Of a stretch of 64,000 nucleotides of DNA, positions 1-8,799 are shown piece by piece. This DNA is from Halobacteriovorax sp. (GTDB lineage: Bacteria; Bdellovibrionota; Bacteriovoracia; Bacteriovoracales; Bacteriovoracaceae). The stretch lies in the NCBI GenBank assembly GCA_020048985.1, contig JAIFLR010000067.1, positions 2,875 to 66,874 on the forward strand, in the 5' to 3' direction. Positions within the stretch are counted from its first letter, which is position 1, and every line of letters begins with the position of its first letter. Both the position numbers and the translations under genes were made by a program. The notes below the pieces were generated by a model. The model saw only the letters and a list, made by a program, of their open reading frames with translations. It searched no databases and had not been told where the DNA came from.

Positions 1-973
1 TGCCTATTTTAAAGGGAATGACGGTGATGTTCTGATCTTTGATTTGGTATTCGAGCTTTTTTCCTTCAAATAATAACAAACCATCCATTACCTTAATGTC
101 ATTGGTATGTGCACCCGCAGTTAAACCCTGCCCGAGGGATTTAATTTTTGTGACTTTTACTCTAACGTATCTTTCACTTTCTTTTAAAAGAGTAATTCTG
201 AACTCACCCTTAACATAGACTTGAACTCCAATTCCCACTGATAAATCAATTCCAGGGGTAACTCTCATTGGAACAAATCCACTTTCTAAGCCAACTGAAA
301 CATATCCACTCGATGTATAAGAAATGAGGTCCCCGTTCTTAATTTTTTCAAGACCTTCCTTTGTCCAAGGGATCCGCCAAACGGTTGCCAATGGGTTCCA
401 AAACTTCGAAAGCCTTGGTTTCCAAGATGAATCCACATCCCACCATTTTTTCTCTTCCTGTTCATAGATTTCAGACTCTTTATTTGATTCTTTCTTAAGG
501 TCATCAACCTTGGGTAGCTCAGGATATTTAGTAGAAAACACCTGGCGGATGTGATTTACAACCAGCTTACCACCAACTCCTAAATTGAAATTTAAAGGGT
601 TTGTTACCGAGGGTATAAGTGGAATGGAAAATTCAGTCGCACTTCTTCCGAGATTGACTGCAAGCTGATCGTTAACAGTGTACGTATTCAAGATGTCCTG
701 GTTATCAAACACAGAACGCTTTACGGCGACTTGTAATTTATTGTTATTTGAGCCGAGAGTTAAAAGCGTGAAATCATCAATCTGATCAAATATAACGTTG
801 GTCAACTGAGTTCCGGATCTGTCCAGTTCTCGCGACAGATCAGTCCAGATTTTATCAGGCCACATCTGAATTTTAACTTCTTCTTTTGGTGGAACAGAAG
901 TCTGCGACCTTACAACAGAAGGTTCAAACATGACTCCAGCGACCACTAAGGCTAAAAATAGAATTCTTTTCAT
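1..973 (-). CDS. secreted hypothetical protein; start inside the window, 3' end runs off the window start (absent from supplied ORF track)
   Basis: Hand translation of the minus strand from ATG at 973 (MKRILFLALVVAGVMFEPSVV...) stays open to position 1. Signal-peptide-like N-terminus. No family recognised. Confidence 0.6.
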   Translation of the reverse strand, partial: MKRILFLALVVAGVMFEPSVVRSQTSVPPKEEVKIQMWPDKIWTDLSRELDRSGTQLTNVIFDQIDDFTLLTLGSNNNKLQVAVKRSVFDNQDILNTYTVNDQLAVNLGRSATEFSIPLIPSVTNPLNFNLGVGGKLVVNHIRQVFSTKYPELPKVDDLKKESNKESEIYEQEEKKWWDVDSSWKPRLSKFWNPLATVWRIPWTKEGLEKIKNGDLISYTSSGYVSVGLESGFVPMRVTPGIDLSVGIGVQVYVKGEFRITLLKESERYVRVKVTKIKSLGQGLTAGAHTNDIKVMDGLLLFEGKKLEYQIKDQNITVIPFKIG

Positions 974-1066
974 GACAAAGGTTTAATTTGCAAAGCGAAG
1001 GCCACATTAAGGCACCTAAATAGCTAGATTTTTGAAGGCGAAATTGTGAAAGTAAGATCAAGTGTC

Positions 1067-1091
1067 AAAAAAAAAGGCTCCCTAAGGAGCC
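1067..1091 (-). terminator. rho-independent terminator after the 63-aa gene
   Basis: Stem GGCTCC(1076-1081)/GGAGCC(1086-1091), loop CTAA. The A-run 1067-1075 on the plus strand is a U-run on the minus transcript. Confidence 0.6.
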
Positions 1092-1096
1092 TTTCA

Positions 1097-1288
1097 TTAT
1101 TCAGTCATTGGAACAATTTTTAGATAATCGTTGTGAGAAGACCGAAAGCGCTTCATTGCAATTACGACGAGGTCATCTAGAGTTATGTTGGTATTTTTCA
1201 CCATCTTCTCGAAATCCTCTGCGACTTGCGCCTCGATTTTTACTTTAATCTCTTTTAACTCACCTTGATTTTGCTTTTGAGATTTCAT
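1097..1288 (-). CDS. small hypothetical protein, possibly ribbon-helix-helix-like
   Basis: 63-aa ORF followed by a terminator. The pattern IKVKIEAQVAEDFEKM...TLDDLVVIAMKRF looks like strand-helix-helix. No family confirmed. Confidence 0.4.
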   Translation of the reverse strand: MKSQKQNQGELKEIKVKIEAQVAEDFEKMVKNTNITLDDLVVIAMKRFRSSHNDYLKIVPMTE

Positions 1289-1327
1289 AGAGCCCCCGGA
1301 TAAATTTTGAGCTATTTTACCCCTTTT

Positions 1328-1897
1328 TTAGAGGCTGTCATCACCCTTGTTCTGGCCGGCAATGATCTTTAATGCACTTTTTTTACGCAAACTGACCAGG
1401 GCCATCGTGATTTCATGATCTAGCAGCTGACAATGCTGATAGATGTCATAAGGTGAACTCCATTCCGTCAGAATTTCAAGTACTTCAAACTCCTGAGGTG
1501 TTACAGGCAGCGTATCCTCTAAAAACTCGGCATCCACCAGGATTTTTACGTTTTCTGGAGGTCTATATTTTAAAGAGTCCCTGTACTGCTTGATCACGTC
1601 AGACATTTTATTCCGCATCACCGCGTAGGGGTAATGAATCTGCCGTTCTTTATCTTCTACGACCTCGGGCTCAACAACATAGTTGAACGACTGAAGTGAA
1701 AACTCTTGAATAATCAACTGATAGAAAGCTTTTAGACCTTTAAAATTTTGAAACACAACTTGATAGATTTCACCGCTCTTAAAAAGTATGTGGCCTAGAT
1801 ACTGTCGATTGAAAGTAGACAGCACATTCACCTTTCCGGTGAACTGGACTGCAATCTGCTCCTCAATTGTCCCCAAGATTTTAAGTTCTGCATCCAT
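1328..1897 (-). CDS. hypothetical protein with DUF4388-like N-terminal domain
   Basis: 189-aa ORF. The segment GKVNVL...GHILFKSGEIYQVVFQNFKGLKAFYQLI resembles the DUF4388 (PatA-N-like) pattern from memory. Its start overlaps the stop of the upstream apbC gene by 1 nt. Confidence 0.5.
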   Translation of the reverse strand: MDAELKILGTIEEQIAVQFTGKVNVLSTFNRQYLGHILFKSGEIYQVVFQNFKGLKAFYQLIIQEFSLQSFNYVVEPEVVEDKERQIHYPYAVMRNKMSDVIKQYRDSLKYRPPENVKILVDAEFLEDTLPVTPQEFEVLEILTEWSSPYDIYQHCQLLDHEITMALVSLRKKSALKIIAGQNKGDDSL

Positions 1898-3075
1898 TAT
1901 TTATTCAATCCCAGTATTTTTGAAAAGAAACCACTCTTTACCTGTTCTGTTGTTGGTGGTTGAAAAAAATCATTTACCTTTTGTCCAACTGATTCAAAAG
2001 CTTTCCAAACAGGACGCTCACTGAACTTTTCCTGAGACATATAAGGTGTACCATTATCAGAACCAGTTCTAAGTTCAATCTCTAGGGGTATTTTCCCTAA
2101 AAATGGAATTTCTAGCTGTTCAACAGCCTTTGAAACCCCACCCTCTCCAAAAATATGATGTTCGGTACCGCAAGTAGTACAAATAAACGAACTCATATTT
2201 TCAACCATTCCAATGAGTGGAAGATTGAGTTTTTTGAACATCTCTGCACCTTTTTTTGCATCTAAAAGAGCAATGTCTTGCGGAGTAGAGATGATGATTG
2301 CGGCATCAACGTGAGCGTTTTGAATCATAGAAAGCTGAATATCCCCAGTACCAGGAGGGAGATCAATTAAAAGATAATCAACTCCAGTCCAATCTACATC
2401 AAAAAGAAATTGATTTAGAACGCCCCCTAACATGGGTCCTCTCCAAATTACCGGATCCCCTTCGTTGATAAAAAATCCAAAACTCATGAATTTTATTCCG
2501 AAAGCTTCCACGGGAATGATTTTTTTCTCTGAATTTGATCTTGGCTTTTCATCCCTCTTACCAAAAATCATGGGCAGTGACGGGCCATAAATATCTGCAT
2601 CAATGACACCAACTTTTTTACCTTGCTTGGCCAAAGTTAATGCAAGATTTGCAGTGAAGGTTGATTTCCCAACTCCACCCTTGCCTGAACCGATAGCAAT
2701 TATCTTTTCAACTCCAGGAACGGGTTTCTTTTTATCAATTGTCCCGTGGCCTGCTTTTATTTGAGCAGGCTGCGTAGCTGCAGGAGTAGGGGCACTCGCC
2801 GCAGATTGTTTATCTAGAGCTTTGAAAACGTCCTGGGATTGATTTGAGGTGGTTTTAAGCATGATGTTATCAATACCAACCAAATCACTAAGAGATTTTC
2901 CTACCTCTCCTTCGATCAATCGTTTTTCAGCAGGTGAAATGCCATCTCTGTTATATTCGGCAACTAGTTTATCACCATTCATCGCTATATGAATCCAGCG
3001 CTTCTCGGCTTCAAAAGTTTTTCCAGATGCTGGATTAATAAGTTGTCCAAGTCGCTTTTTAATTTCATCGATCAT
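1897..3075 (-). CDS. apbC: Mrp/NBP35-family Fe-S cluster carrier ATPase (ApbC)
   Basis: Deviant Walker A GSGKGGVGKST, a CTTCG (CxxC) motif, and a DUF59-like N-terminal region. Confidence 0.9.
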   Translation of the reverse strand: MIDEIKKRLGQLINPASGKTFEAEKRWIHIAMNGDKLVAEYNRDGISPAEKRLIEGEVGKSLSDLVGIDNIMLKTTSNQSQDVFKALDKQSAASAPTPAATQPAQIKAGHGTIDKKKPVPGVEKIIAIGSGKGGVGKSTFTANLALTLAKQGKKVGVIDADIYGPSLPMIFGKRDEKPRSNSEKKIIPVEAFGIKFMSFGFFINEGDPVIWRGPMLGGVLNQFLFDVDWTGVDYLLIDLPPGTGDIQLSMIQNAHVDAAIIISTPQDIALLDAKKGAEMFKKLNLPLIGMVENMSSFICTTCGTEHHIFGEGGVSKAVEQLEIPFLGKIPLEIELRTGSDNGTPYMSQEKFSERPVWKAFESVGQKVNDFFQPPTTEQVKSGFFSKILGLNK

Positions 3076-3120
3076 ATTGAGTTTCCTTTAAAAGTCTGAG
3101 TGTAATTGTTTAGTATAGAA

Positions 3121-3756
3121 ATGCCAGCAACTTCTAGCTGGTACAAATTCCAAGAACATTTTATGATGGTTTATAAAACCTTGAATAGGAATAAAGCATT
3201 GGCTTTTTATAAACGTTCCATCTTTCTAGTTAATCCAGGTTTCCAGTTAAGCTTTAGCTTGATCGTATGTTCTATTATCTTCATTTCCAGTCTGCTCTAT
3301 CCCATCATACTAATGGATTTTTTAACTGAGCTGATGAATCGCTTCCCTGCAATTCAGGAGAACATGAAGTTAGCACAGACAGATCTTATAATCTTTCTTG
3401 GTGTTATTCAGCTTATTTTCATTTCTATGGTTTTTATCATGTTCATCTTTTTGACTCACAAAATAGCTGGACCAATGCATAAATTAAAAAATCATTTAGC
3501 TAACATTAGACAAGGTGGACCCATCACCCCTTTAACATTTAGAAATGGGGATCATTTCCATGATGTAGCTGAGGAAGTTAGTTTATTTCTCGAGACACTT
3601 TCTGCGAACCAAGAGAGTGATTTTCAATACCTGGATGAGGTTGCCCTTTACATTGATAACTTGGCCCCAGTTGTCCCCGATGATAAGAAACCTGTTCTAA
3701 GTGAGATATCCCGTCGGTTACTCGATATAAAATCTCGCTATAAAGAAAACCTTTAA
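3121..3756 (+). CDS. membrane protein with two TM segments and a HAMP-like juxtamembrane helix
   Basis: The track ORF 3106..3756 starts at TTG, so I prefer ATG 3121 (3163 is also possible). Hydrophobic segments are followed by THKIAGPMHKLKNHLANIRQG. Confidence 0.55.
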   Translation: MPATSSWYKFQEHFMMVYKTLNRNKALAFYKRSIFLVNPGFQLSFSLIVCSIIFISSLLYPIILMDFLTELMNRFPAIQENMKLAQTDLIIFLGVIQLIFISMVFIMFIFLTHKIAGPMHKLKNHLANIRQGGPITPLTFRNGDHFHDVAEEVSLFLETLSANQESDFQYLDEVALYIDNLAPVVPDDKKPVLSEISRRLLDIKSRYKENL

Positions 3757-3826
3757 TCCGTGTAAAATATCTGATTTTTGGTATACTTCTTTCTAGGCTC
3801 CATGAAGGAGTCCAAGATTTGGGGCC

Positions 3827-5914
3827 ATGAAGTTCTTCTTAATTTTTTATCCACTACTCTTTTTAAATGCCTGGGCCCAAAGCCCTGCAGTCATTCAATC
3901 TCATGAGCATTTCGTTACGTCAGACACTCTCAAACTCACTCGAGCGAATCATATTATCGGGGAGCATTTAGTTAATTTAATTAAATTAGCCGAGAATGGT
4001 TACGTTAATAAGGATATTCTAAACAAGGTCATTCAAGAGAGTTCTAAGACTCCCCATTTTCAGCCATTCACGCCCTGGCTTTTGGCGATACAAAGTATAA
4101 CGAAGCTTAACAAGGCCAGCGATCTCATCAGTTTTTGCAGACAGTACACCCTCAAAAAAGAAACGCTTCCCCTCGAGAGAGTACTGGCAAGAATTGGTGG
4201 TAATTACTGTCGGGAGAGAGCACTTGAATCCATTTCAAGAGATATAGATGCTCAGAAAGTAATTACAGATGAAGCCACGCAGTTCATACAAGAAAATTTA
4301 AAGTTTTACCTGACAAAGAAAAACAAAAAGAACTTTGCTTTTTTTATTCAATCACAAACCTCGAAACCTGATATTTTAAAAAAACTCTCACAAGAAGTGA
4401 GCACTTATAGCGTAGTTCATGGAATTGTTCCGTCTCAAGAAGTTTTAAAAGATATTGTTATCAATGAACAAATTACCAAGCTCATTCAAGACAAAGGAAT
4501 GAATTTGGTACAAAACCAAAATGTCTTTTATGCTGAATTCGGAAAATTATTAGAACAGGGCTATAAAGTTCTAGAGGCAAAATCTAATGATAAGGCCAAG
4601 GAGCATTACACTTTTCTAAAGAATTATCTGGAATTAAATCAGGATCATCTACCTGTTGGTCTTTGTTTGACCCGTCTCAATGATTTTGCCAAATCTGTTT
4701 TCAGGGCGACTTTCACAGATCTTTCGCGAGATATTTTTAAATATATTGTTAAGAAAGATAATAAAGAAATCCTTGAAGACGCTCTGTTTTTCTACGTCTG
4801 GACTTATCTTTCGCAAAACGAATACAAAGAAGCACTGGCCTTAGCTAAAAATTACAATCTACTTAGTGGTAAGACAAAGATTTTTGATCCACGCCTGAAG
4901 TTCTGGATTGGTTACATTTACGAAGAATTGGATGATCACAAGGAAGCCTTAAAGTATTATGAGGATATTGTTCTTAATCATCCCTTGAGCTATTACGCCA
5001 TTATGGGAGTTAAAAAAATACAGGTTCTTAAGCCGGATTCTTCAGCAGTTAATTTCTATAGTTCAAATTCAACGAAAAAAGCTCCAGGTGTTTCTTTTGA
5101 TCCAAAACTTTTAGACCCAGATTTTCACTCGTCATTAATAAGACTTAAAGCATGGGCGACGATTGATTCACAAAGACTCATTAAGCTTGAAGTTAAACGA
5201 CTTAAACGCCATAGCATCCCAAAATTTCTTGTTAGTCTTCCCACAGAAAAACAATTAGAGGCTAGATCAGATCTACATTTGATTAATGCCAGAATTATTC
5301 TTGAATCCAAAAACTTTCTTTCAACTTTTAAATACCTTTACGAAGCGCTAGAAGCTAAAGAAGTGGTCTTTAGTCGTGCCCTGCTCGAAATACTTTATCC
5401 AAATCCATATCTTTCTGATTTGATACTCGCCCTTAAAAAAGATCAACTAGATCCAATTGTGGTCCTGGCCTTAATACGCCAGGAATCAGTCTTTAACCCT
5501 CTTGCCAGATCTCCTGTGGGTGCAAGGGGCCTGATGCAGCTTATGCCGGCGACAGCTCGTCGGTTTAGACGGTCAGTTAGAGACAAACATTTGGTGAATC
5601 CAAAGATAAACATCGATCTAGGAACTCAGTACTTTAAGGGGCTAGTGAAGCGCTACGATGGAAATTTAGTTTACGTTCTCTCAGCTTACAATGCCGGTGA
5701 AGGACGAGTAGAGCGTTGGAAGGGAAATCTTTTTGATTCAGACGTGACCATTCTTAAAAATATTGAATCGATTCCGTTTCTTGAGACTAGAAATTATGTA
5801 AAACTGATTTTTAGAAATATTTTCTTCTACAAATTGTTGCTGGATAAAACTGAGCTCACCGATCCTAGTGAGCCCAATAAAATTTTTGACGTTAAGTTAG
5901 GTTTTAAACATTGA
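3827..5914 (+). CDS. slt: soluble lytic murein transglycosylase (Slt70-like)
   Basis: Signal peptide, long helical superhelix-like N-terminal part, and C-terminal SLT motifs IRQESVFNP...GLMQLMPATA...SAYNAGEGRV. Confidence 0.85.
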   Translation: MKFFLIFYPLLFLNAWAQSPAVIQSHEHFVTSDTLKLTRANHIIGEHLVNLIKLAENGYVNKDILNKVIQESSKTPHFQPFTPWLLAIQSITKLNKASDLISFCRQYTLKKETLPLERVLARIGGNYCRERALESISRDIDAQKVITDEATQFIQENLKFYLTKKNKKNFAFFIQSQTSKPDILKKLSQEVSTYSVVHGIVPSQEVLKDIVINEQITKLIQDKGMNLVQNQNVFYAEFGKLLEQGYKVLEAKSNDKAKEHYTFLKNYLELNQDHLPVGLCLTRLNDFAKSVFRATFTDLSRDIFKYIVKKDNKEILEDALFFYVWTYLSQNEYKEALALAKNYNLLSGKTKIFDPRLKFWIGYIYEELDDHKEALKYYEDIVLNHPLSYYAIMGVKKIQVLKPDSSAVNFYSSNSTKKAPGVSFDPKLLDPDFHSSLIRLKAWATIDSQRLIKLEVKRLKRHSIPKFLVSLPTEKQLEARSDLHLINARIILESKNFLSTFKYLYEALEAKEVVFSRALLEILYPNPYLSDLILALKKDQLDPIVVLALIRQESVFNPLARSPVGARGLMQLMPATARRFRRSVRDKHLVNPKINIDLGTQYFKGLVKRYDGNLVYVLSAYNAGEGRVERWKGNLFDSDVTILKNIESIPFLETRNYVKLIFRNIFFYKLLLDKTELTDPSEPNKIFDVKLGFKH

Positions 5915-7013
5915 ATTTAAAGTGAATGACATCACCGTCTTTCACTTCGTACTCTTTTCCTTCCATTCTGAACTTCCCTGCTTCTTTAACTTTCGCTTCT
6001 GAGCCAAGGGCAAAGAGATCATTACAGTGGTAAACTTCCGCTTTAATGAACCCACGCTCAAAATCAGAGTGAATCACACCAGCGGCCTGAGGGGCCTTGG
6101 CGCCCTTGGGGAAGGTCCAAGCACGAACTTCTTTAACACCTGCAGTAAAGTAAGTGTACATGTCTAGCATGTCATAACCGGCCTTAATCATTTTAGAAAG
6201 ACCAGATTCTTCAATCCCAATATCTTTTAAAAATTCTGCTTTTTCTTCTTTTGATTCTAATGCAGCAATTTCAGACTCAATTTTTCCACAAATAGTGATG
6301 ACACTTGCTCCCTCTTTGGCAGCAATTTCACGAACTTTTTTTACATGCTCATTTTCTTTCAAAATATTGGCTTCATCGACGTTACACACGTAGAGCATTT
6401 TCTTCATTGTAATAAGGTGAATATCAGAGATGGCTTCAATTTCTTCGGCATCAAGATTTAATGATCGAGCAGGAAGACCTTCTTCAAGAGCTTTCTGAAC
6501 ACGTTCTAAGATTGGTTTAGAAATTTTTGCTTTATCTTGAACTTTTTTATCTTGAGACTTTAAAAATTTATCCAGGGTCTGGATTCTCTTCATAACTGAT
6601 TCAAGATCGGCCAGCGCCAACTCAATATTAATGACTTCAATATCTGAAGCTGGGTCAACCTTACCAGCAACGTGAATAATATCGTTATCTTCAAAACAAC
6701 GAACCACGTGACATATAGCTCCTACCTGACGAATATGCCCAAGAAATTGGTTACCAAGACCTTCACCTTTTGAAGCACCTTTAACCAGACCAGCAATATC
6801 TACGAATTCTGTAATCGCTGGAATCATTTTTTCCGGGCCAACAATTTTCCCAATTTTTTCCATACGCTCATCAGGCACATGAACTACACCAACGTTTGGT
6901 TCAATAGTGCAGAATGGATAGTTAGCTGCTTCAGCAGGAGCCGATGTGAGGGCCGAAAAGATGGTCGATTTGCCAACGTTTGGTAAGCCCACGATTCCAC
7001 AGTTCATACCCAT
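5904..7013 (-). CDS. ychF: ribosome-binding ATPase YchF
   Basis: GIVGLPNVGKSTIF P-loop and YchF-type C-terminal TGS-like end (...DGDVIHFKFNV). Confidence 0.95.
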   Translation of the reverse strand: MGMNCGIVGLPNVGKSTIFSALTSAPAEAANYPFCTIEPNVGVVHVPDERMEKIGKIVGPEKMIPAITEFVDIAGLVKGASKGEGLGNQFLGHIRQVGAICHVVRCFEDNDIIHVAGKVDPASDIEVINIELALADLESVMKRIQTLDKFLKSQDKKVQDKAKISKPILERVQKALEEGLPARSLNLDAEEIEAISDIHLITMKKMLYVCNVDEANILKENEHVKKVREIAAKEGASVITICGKIESEIAALESKEEKAEFLKDIGIEESGLSKMIKAGYDMLDMYTYFTAGVKEVRAWTFPKGAKAPQAAGVIHSDFERGFIKAEVYHCNDLFALGSEAKVKEAGKFRMEGKEYEVKDGDVIHFKFNV

Positions 7014-7022
7014 AAATATCTC

Positions 7023-7592
7023 CTAAGATAATAGATTCTTCTTATTATAAATTCCGACTTTGTTTAAACCATCTACCACACAGGAAAGCATAGGGTCATG
7101 TAATTTTTCGATTAACAGAGGCAATTGCACCTGTTCTTCCTTGCTAAATGGGCTAAGTACCCAATTCGCCACGCTCCCATGGACCGGACGGCCAATTCCA
7201 ATTCGCATACGAGCAAATTGATCAGTACCAAGGCAAGCGGCCATTGATTTCAAACCATTGTGACCAGCAAGGCCTCCACCCATTTTAAAATGGACCTGAC
7301 CAAAGGGAATATCCAATTCATCGTGAATGACGAGAATCTTAGATGGCTCTATTTTAAAAAAGGCAGCTAGTGGTTGGACCGACTCACCAGAGAGATTCAT
7401 GAAAGTTTGAGGTTTTAAACCATAAAACTTATGACCCTTGTGTGCGCCTTCTGCATAAATGCCCTTGAACTTTGATTTCCAGGTACTGGAGCGAAAGGCC
7501 GGGGACTCATCTAATAGCATCCAGCCTATGTTATGCCTGGTATTGGCATAATCGGGGCCGGGATTACCAAGTCCTACGACAAGTTGAAACAT
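7023..7592 (-). CDS. pth: peptidyl-tRNA hydrolase
   Basis: VVGLGNPGPDYANTRHNIGW and GGLAGHNGLKS motifs. Confidence 0.95.
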   Translation of the reverse strand: MFQLVVGLGNPGPDYANTRHNIGWMLLDESPAFRSSTWKSKFKGIYAEGAHKGHKFYGLKPQTFMNLSGESVQPLAAFFKIEPSKILVIHDELDIPFGQVHFKMGGGLAGHNGLKSMAACLGTDQFARMRIGIGRPVHGSVANWVLSPFSKEEQVQLPLLIEKLHDPMLSCVVDGLNKVGIYNKKNLLS

Positions 7593-7594
7593 GA

Positions 7595-8539
7595 TTAAAT
7601 GAACAGCGAACTTACCGAATCATGATTAAATGTTCGGTGTATGGCTTTTGAGAGAATATCAGCGGTCGAGACGACTTTAATTTTTGAAACTTTGCGAGCT
7701 TCATCACTTAGTGGAATGGTGTCAGTTACGATGACTTCTTCCAGTTCCTCGCAATCTAAAATGCGCTTAATTGCAGGATCGGAAAAAACAGGGTGAGTAG
7801 CTGCGGCGTATATTTTATTGGCGCCATTCTTTCTAAGTGCCTGAGCTGCCTGAACCAATGTTCCAGCAGTATCAATCATATCATCTATGATAATACAGTC
7901 TTTACCTTTCACATCTCCGATCACGTTCATAGCTTCAGCGACATTGGGGCCAGTACGGCGTTTATCAATTAATGCCAAATCTGCTTGAAGTTTTTTAGCG
8001 AAATGACGAACACGCTCGACCCCACCAGCATCAGGAGACACTGTAATGAGGTTCTCACGATTAAGATTTTTCTGGATATAGTCCAAAAGAACAGGAGAAG
8101 CGAAAATGTTATCAAACGGAATATTAAAGAATCCCTGAATTTGACCAGCATGAAGATCCATTGTCACCACACGAGAAGCACCGGCAACAGTCATCATATC
8201 GGCCACTAATTTGGCCGTGATGGGAGTTCTAGGTGCACTTTTGCGGTCCTGACGAGAATAACCATAATGCGGAACAACAGAAGTGATTGAAAGAGCAGAG
8301 GCGCGCTTGAGAGCATCAATAATGATCAAAAGTTCCATCAGATTTTCATTCACAGGAGCACAAGTAGACTGGATGACAAAAACATCAGCACCGCGGACGT
8401 TTTTTTCTATTTCGCAGTAGATTTCCCCATTTGCGAAGCGTCTAATTTGAGGATTAACGAGAGGAACGTCTAAAAATTCTGAGATTTTCTTAGAAAGAGT
8501 AGGATTCGAGGTACCAGAGACTAAGACAATTCGTCTCAC
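7595..8539 (-). CDS. prs: ribose-phosphate pyrophosphokinase
   Basis: 314 aa with PRPP synthetase motifs (YSRQDRK, DLHAGQIQGFF, IIDDMIDTAGT). Confidence 0.95.
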   Translation of the reverse strand: MRRIVLVSGTSNPTLSKKISEFLDVPLVNPQIRRFANGEIYCEIEKNVRGADVFVIQSTCAPVNENLMELLIIIDALKRASALSITSVVPHYGYSRQDRKSAPRTPITAKLVADMMTVAGASRVVTMDLHAGQIQGFFNIPFDNIFASPVLLDYIQKNLNRENLITVSPDAGGVERVRHFAKKLQADLALIDKRRTGPNVAEAMNVIGDVKGKDCIIIDDMIDTAGTLVQAAQALRKNGANKIYAAATHPVFSDPAIKRILDCEELEEVIVTDTIPLSDEARKVSKIKVVSTADILSKAIHRTFNHDSVSSLFI

Positions 8540-8563
8540 TGTAAACTCCTTAAAGAAAAAGAG

Positions 8564-8638
8564 TGGTTGGGGTGGCAGGGTTCGAACCTGCGTATGGCAG
8601 AATCAAAATCTGCTGACTTACCACTTGTCGACACCCCA
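8564..8638 (-). tRNA. tRNA-Gln (anticodon UUG)
   Basis: Hand-folded cloverleaf: TGGGGTG/CACCCCA acceptor, 3-bp D stem, GCAGA-TTTTGAT-TCTGC anticodon arm, GCAGG-TTCGAAC-CCTGC T arm, encoded CCA. The architecture parallels E. coli tRNA-Gln. Confidence 0.9.
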
Positions 8639-8663
8639 ACAAAGTTCTTTTAAACGTCCAGTG

Positions 8664-8692
8664 AATATAGATTATTCGACCCTTTTTTGCAA
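8664..8692 (-). promoter_or_regulatory. putative sigma70-type promoter for tRNA-Gln (and possibly prs-pth-ychF)
   Basis: On the minus strand, TTGCAA-N17-TATATT ends about 26 nt upstream of the tRNA 5' end. Confidence 0.45.
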
Positions 8693-8799
8693 GTCATCCA
8701 TTTTTTCTTAGCAGCTTTTTTCGGCCCCAGGGCTTTCCACATCCCGACGGATTCTATAGAGTTTCACTATATATTTTTTGTCTCTATCAGGGAGCTCCA

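Noticed and set aside
286-507. 73-aa minus-strand ORF from the track
   Set aside because: It lies in an alternative frame inside the longer open frame 1..973. That frame has a proper ATG and signal peptide and is open across the whole region.
2779-2794. Weak matches to the new palindrome: TGCAGGAGTAGGGGCA (2779-2794) and AGCACCCATAGGGGAA (18402-18417)
   Set aside because: They match at only 11-12 of 16 positions, with the core or one arm broken. This is compatible with chance in P/A/G-rich coding segments, so they are not counted among the eight sites.
5047-5062. CTATAG hexamers with poor flanks (5047-5062, 8746-8761 and 15829-15834)
   Set aside because: Only the central hexamer, or one partial arm, matches. 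This is the expected background for a 6-mer in AT-rich DNA.
6700-6715. Other CACGTG-containing sites (6700-6715 and 36327-36342)
   Set aside because: Only the central hexamer matches parS. The arms do not match (10/16 or fewer).
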